The notes beneath the pieces were generated by a model. The model saw nothing but the letters and a program-made list of their open reading frames with translations. It had not been told where the DNA came from and made no database searches. Of a stretch of DNA of 30,639 bases, positions 27,565 through 30,639 are shown piece by piece; within the stretch, counting starts at the first letter, position 1; every line of letters begins with the position of its first letter. This DNA comes from a virus (taxonomy: Duplodnaviria; Caudoviricetes), in the IMG/VR virus record IMGVR_UViG_3300030095_002569, positions 1-30,639 of that record; one strand, written 5' to 3'. The translations under genes and the position numbers were made by a program.

Positions 27565-28047
27565 TTAAGTACCCGCTAATGTTAATACTCTATCCCGTAA
27601 TCTTCTTGCACGTTCAGGAGTTTGTAAAGCCCATCTACTGTCAATCATATTAACAGCCCATGATCGGTAGTCTTTATTTTGTACAGCAAGATTCATGTTT
27701 TTAAACTTACTCAATCCGTTCTGTCCTAATTGAAAACACATGTTGATAAGTACATGTTTAGCTTCTTGGGGCAGGTCTTCCCAATTAGTATATATCCTCT
27801 CACACCCTTTTATGGCTTCTTGTATATCGGTTTCAAATAACTCCTTGCACCGTTCTTCTGTAATGCACACATCTTCAGGCACCTCTTCGTAAGCACCGTA
27901 TACAGGGAGGTTTGCTTCAGGGTCATTCTCTAAGACAAGGTGCCCGATGCCTATGGTGTCATGCCCTAACGAGCATTTGTATTTATGTAAGATTTTGCCT
28001 TCATCACTAGCAATTTCTTCATACAATGTATCTAAATTAACACTCAC
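27565..28047 (-). CDS. GH24 (T4-type) lysozyme/endolysin
   Basis: DEG..LHKYKCSLGHDTIGIGH (E-x8-C-x5-T), NMCFQLG, FKNM, DSRWALQTPERARRL. Confidence 0.92.
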   Translation of the reverse strand: MSVNLDTLYEEIASDEGKILHKYKCSLGHDTIGIGHLVLENDPEANLPVYGAYEEVPEDVCITEERCKELFETDIQEAIKGCERIYTNWEDLPQEAKHVLINMCFQLGQNGLSKFKNMNLAVQNKDYRSWAVNMIDSRWALQTPERARRLRDRVLTLAGT

Positions 28048-28388
28048 CTGTCGTTACCGTTTCTTTTTATAGCTTGAGCACCGAAGTATACCGAAACCAG
28101 ACCTCCTATGGTAAGGAAGAATATGCTGCTCATATCGGTTAAGTTTTTACCTGCGTCCTCTAGCTCAAATATAGAAGATATCATTAGGAGTATAGGGAAG
28201 ATTAGTAATGATATTAAAGAGAACCAAATCATACGTAATTGCGCGTCTTGCTTCTGGTCTTCATTTTTAAGAAGCTCAAGCTTAACCATACGCTCACTTT
28301 GCTCCCACTCTAGGTCACTAATGATGCCATCACCATTAGTATCTAACCCATTGTATTGAGACTCAGGCTCTAGTTTTTTTGCATTCAT
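28044..28388 (-). CDS. Two-TM membrane protein with N-terminal EF-hand-like loop (holin/antiholin candidate)
   Basis: DTNGDGIISDLE, two hydrophobic helices, basic C-terminus; directly upstream of the lysozyme. Confidence 0.65.
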   Translation of the reverse strand: MNAKKLEPESQYNGLDTNGDGIISDLEWEQSERMVKLELLKNEDQKQDAQLRMIWFSLISLLIFPILLMISSIFELEDAGKNLTDMSSIFFLTIGGLVSVYFGAQAIKRNGNDR

Positions 28389-28981
28389 ATGTCTGCCCTT
28401 GGTATTTTCTCCATACTAACGTAATTAGCCATATAATGATCGCTTATATAGCTTTCTCTGGCCCCAAAACGCCTCATTTTCTTGTGCCTACGCATAACGG
28501 GAGGAACCATAGGCACTATGTCTTTACCGTGCCTGTACATGGTGACGGGGGTATTATCTAGTATTTTAAGTCTGCCGCATCGAGGCGCACCAAAAGTTAC
28601 AATTTCTTGAATGTTAACTTCATCGCGTACCATTAACGCACCTACAATAAGTGCTACCGCACCCCCAAGAGAATGCCCAGTAAGCACAATATCTTCTTTT
28701 TCTATGTCTCTGTCCATACATTCTGATAGACATTTGGGCATCAACCTTTTGGCTGCACGGAGGAACCCTGCTGGACACCACCCTAATTCACGAGTCCATA
28801 TGGGCAGGATGCGTAAGTCTCGCACAGCATCCAACGGTTCATCTGTCCCACGAAAAGCAAATACGTTATCTCGTACAATAACCTCAATGTTAAGCTCTTC
28901 AAAATCTAGGGCTTCGTATGATTCTGCACAAATCTCACTTATCTTTTGGTGGTTGAGCACTTTCAACACTCCTGTCTTCAT
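28385..28981 (-). CDS. Class 3 lipase (alpha/beta hydrolase)
   Basis: AFRGT, TGHSLGGA, TFGAPR, DIVP, C-terminal DH. Likely start GTG 28960 after AGGAG. Confidence 0.92.
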   Translation of the reverse strand: MKTGVLKVLNHQKISEICAESYEALDFEELNIEVIVRDNVFAFRGTDEPLDAVRDLRILPIWTRELGWCPAGFLRAAKRLMPKCLSECMDRDIEKEDIVLTGHSLGGAVALIVGALMVRDEVNIQEIVTFGAPRCGRLKILDNTPVTMYRHGKDIVPMVPPVMRRHKKMRRFGARESYISDHYMANYVSMEKIPRADI

Positions 28982-29339
28982 CTAATTTTTGATAGTAGTC
29001 AACAATAGAAAGAACTTGACGTATGTACCTTTTTAACTCCGCTATGTTTAAAGATAGGTGTTCATACCCAGTTGGACTAATTCCGTAGTATACATTAGTA
29101 GGAGCTTCTCCCTTTTCTAAATCAGTAAGATACTCACTCATAATAGCAGGAGTTAACACTGTCCATTCAACAGGTTTAGTGGATACTTTATTAGGAAGAG
29201 GGGGGTGGTATACAGCAGCAGGTTTAGTGATAGTAACTACCTCTACTGGCTTTACTTCAGGTACATAGGGGTCGTTCCCCAGTAAAGCACACCCACTACA
29301 TGTTATTAGTAGCAGGGCTGGTAATAGCCTCAAGCTCAT
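28935..29339 (-). CDS. Lipoprotein, putative o-spanin (Rz1-like)
   Basis: Signal peptide ending in lipobox-like LITCSGC, Pro-rich segment, C-terminal helix; overlaps the upstream gene end. Confidence 0.72.
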   Translation of the reverse strand: MSLRLLPALLLITCSGCALLGNDPYVPEVKPVEVVTITKPAAVYHPPLPNKVSTKPVEWTVLTPAIMSEYLTDLEKGEAPTNVYYGISPTGYEHLSLNIAELKRYIRQVLSIVDYYQKLDEDRSVESAQPPKDK

Positions 29340-29703
29340 TTAGAACCTCTCTTGTGCCACGATTAATGATATTCTCAATTAGTTTAGGTTTTCTTAAACT
29401 AAGCACATTCATATTGTGTTTATCGAATTTACTTTTTAACTTAGACACCTCTGCTTGAGCTTCTTGATTCTGTTCTTGGAGCATACTAATCTGCTCAAAA
29501 GCTTTTATTTTGTCCTCTTCAACCTGTAAAACTTGTGTATTAAGACTAGCAATACTGTTTTCTAATAATACCTGATTATCTGCAGACTGTCGTAACTGCA
29601 TGGCAATGGTTTCTTTTTCTGCTTCAGACTTGTCGTAATACAGTTTGAAAGCACCGCTAGTTACTACTAGAGCAACGGTTAATCCTGCACTTATTTGCCA
29701 CAT
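29296..29703 (-). CDS. Putative i-spanin (Rz-like)
   Basis: ATG 29703 after AGGAG; N-terminal TM helix then long coiled coil (track start 29805). Confidence 0.72.
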   Translation of the reverse strand: MWQISAGLTVALVVTSGAFKLYYDKSEAEKETIAMQLRQSADNQVLLENSIASLNTQVLQVEEDKIKAFEQISMLQEQNQEAQAEVSKLKSKFDKHNMNVLSLRKPKLIENIINRGTREVLNELEAITSPATNNM

Positions 29704-29713
29704 GTACTTACTC

Positions 29714-29932
29714 CTAGTCGTAGAAGGTTTCGTTTTCAGAAACTCTCTTAGGGACACAATATGAGGTAATATTTTGCTGACGGTAGCTAGGTCTATCGTA
29801 GGCACTTGTTTTACCTTGTTCTATAGCTTTTGCAAATATATTACATCGGTATATATTCTTAAATAACATTTTATTATCCGATACTATATTGTCATCTACA
29901 ATAACTACTAGCATAAACGCTAAGATCAGCAC
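29714..29932 (-). CDS. Small hypothetical protein with hydrophobic N-terminus and two Cys
   Basis: 72 aa, LILAFMLVVIV...RC...YCVP; tightly packed between neighbours. Confidence 0.7.
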   Translation of the reverse strand: MLILAFMLVVIVDDNIVSDNKMLFKNIYRCNIFAKAIEQGKTSAYDRPSYRQQNITSYCVPKRVSENETFYD

Positions 29933-30477
29933 CTTTGCCTACCACATTCACGAATGTTACGTAGTATCCTACGTTTTTCTTTTAATTCTTGCTTGGCCTC
30001 TTGAAGTCTATACTGTTTATACAGCCATTTAGAGCCATAGCCAGTAACACCCAGCGTTATTATAAATGTCACAATAAGGACAACGATGCTGATTTGCTTT
30101 ATTTTCTTCTTTCGTTTTTGTCTTCTGATATGTACTGTTTTTAAATATTGCTGATGCTCCCTTTCGCTTTGTGCCCTTATTCTTTGGGCATCTTGCCATA
30201 TGTCAATACATCCACTCATCAAGCAGATGTCTTTAATTTGTGTTTCTGTATTTTTGATCTTTCTGCGTTGGATACTAAGATCCATCGCTTCTTTAGGAGT
30301 CAGAGGACGTTTTAATTTAGTCTTCTTTTCCCATTTATCTAGTTTATCTGAAGTCTCACTGAACCTACCTAGAAGCCTAGCAGCATCCTGGGCATTAGCC
30401 TTAGTCTCTTTATACTGAGAAACTAGACTGTTTATAGTAGATAAAGCACTACCTATTGCTGCAAGTTCAGCAAACAA
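29926..30477 (-). CDS. Hypothetical membrane protein in the lysis cluster
   Basis: Amphipathic N-terminus, coiled coil, basic patch then one TM helix (ISIVVLIVTFIITLGV); TTG start. Confidence 0.75.
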   Translation of the reverse strand: MFAELAAIGSALSTINSLVSQYKETKANAQDAARLLGRFSETSDKLDKWEKKTKLKRPLTPKEAMDLSIQRRKIKNTETQIKDICLMSGCIDIWQDAQRIRAQSEREHQQYLKTVHIRRQKRKKKIKQISIVVLIVTFIITLGVTGYGSKWLYKQYRLQEAKQELKEKRRILRNIRECGRQRC

Positions 30478-30481
30478 CTAT

Positions 30482-30639
30482 CTAACTAGCTAGAGCCTCT
30501 AGTCTTTTACAAAGACGTTCAGCCCTATCTCCTACTTGTGAGTGCCATCTGCTATCTCTAGCTTCAGCCCCTGCTAAAGACCATTTGTAATCCTTGAGTG
30601 CAGCAATATGCTTAACAAACTTACTGTATCTAGGTCTAC
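30482..30639 (-). CDS. C-terminal fragment of a second GH24 lysozyme, truncated by the window end and absent from the ORF track
   Basis: Manual translation from 30637: RPRYSKFVKHIAALKDYKWSLAGAEARDSRWHSQVGDRAERLCKRLEALAS*, matching SKF...DSRW..Q...RA.RL of ORF 27565-28047. Confidence 0.85.
   Translation of the reverse strand, partial: RPRYSKFVKHIAALKDYKWSLAGAEARDSRWHSQVGDRAERLCKRLEALAS

Noticed and set aside
13417-30418. Short + strand ORFs opposite the late genes
   Set aside because: Antisense shadows of long, tightly coupled - strand genes, with no recognisable motifs.
1-30639. tRNA genes, integrase/att site, reverse transcriptase, intron/intein or stop-codon reassignment
   Set aside because: None recognised by eye; genes are full length in the standard code and use TAA, TAG and TGA as stops. 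tRNAscan-SE and HMM searches would be needed to exclude them formally.

Overview
A ~30.6 kb fragment of a tailed dsDNA phage genome (podovirus-like Caudoviricetes; Gram-negative host inferred from spanin-like genes) in two convergent blocks. The + strand block (1-12874) holds small early genes, a secreted-type SNase nuclease broken by a +1 frameshift, VRR-NUC, DUF3310, family A DNA polymerase (Leu762 type), Cas4-like PD-(D/E)XK nuclease, HNH-like protein, SNF2 helicase, two tandem small HTH proteins, two SSB/recombination-type proteins and a primase-DUF927 fusion, ending in an intrinsic terminator. The - strand block (30639 to 12954) holds an unusual lysis cluster (two GH24 lysozymes, spanin pair, class 3 lipase, EF-hand membrane protein), a tail tubular/stabilisation protein and five probable internal virion proteins, one with DDGTT/DDSSS arrays and one of 2033 aa with an HExxH motif. 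Most notable: a three-way-junction RNA with loop-loop complementarity just upstream of the primase; a candidate anti-Shine-Dalgarno small RNA at the end of the early operon complementary to the SSB start region; and the lipase-containing double-lysozyme lysis cluster. No tRNA, rRNA, CRISPR array, integrase, capsid, portal or terminase is visible. All functional calls come from motifs read by eye, with no database search.
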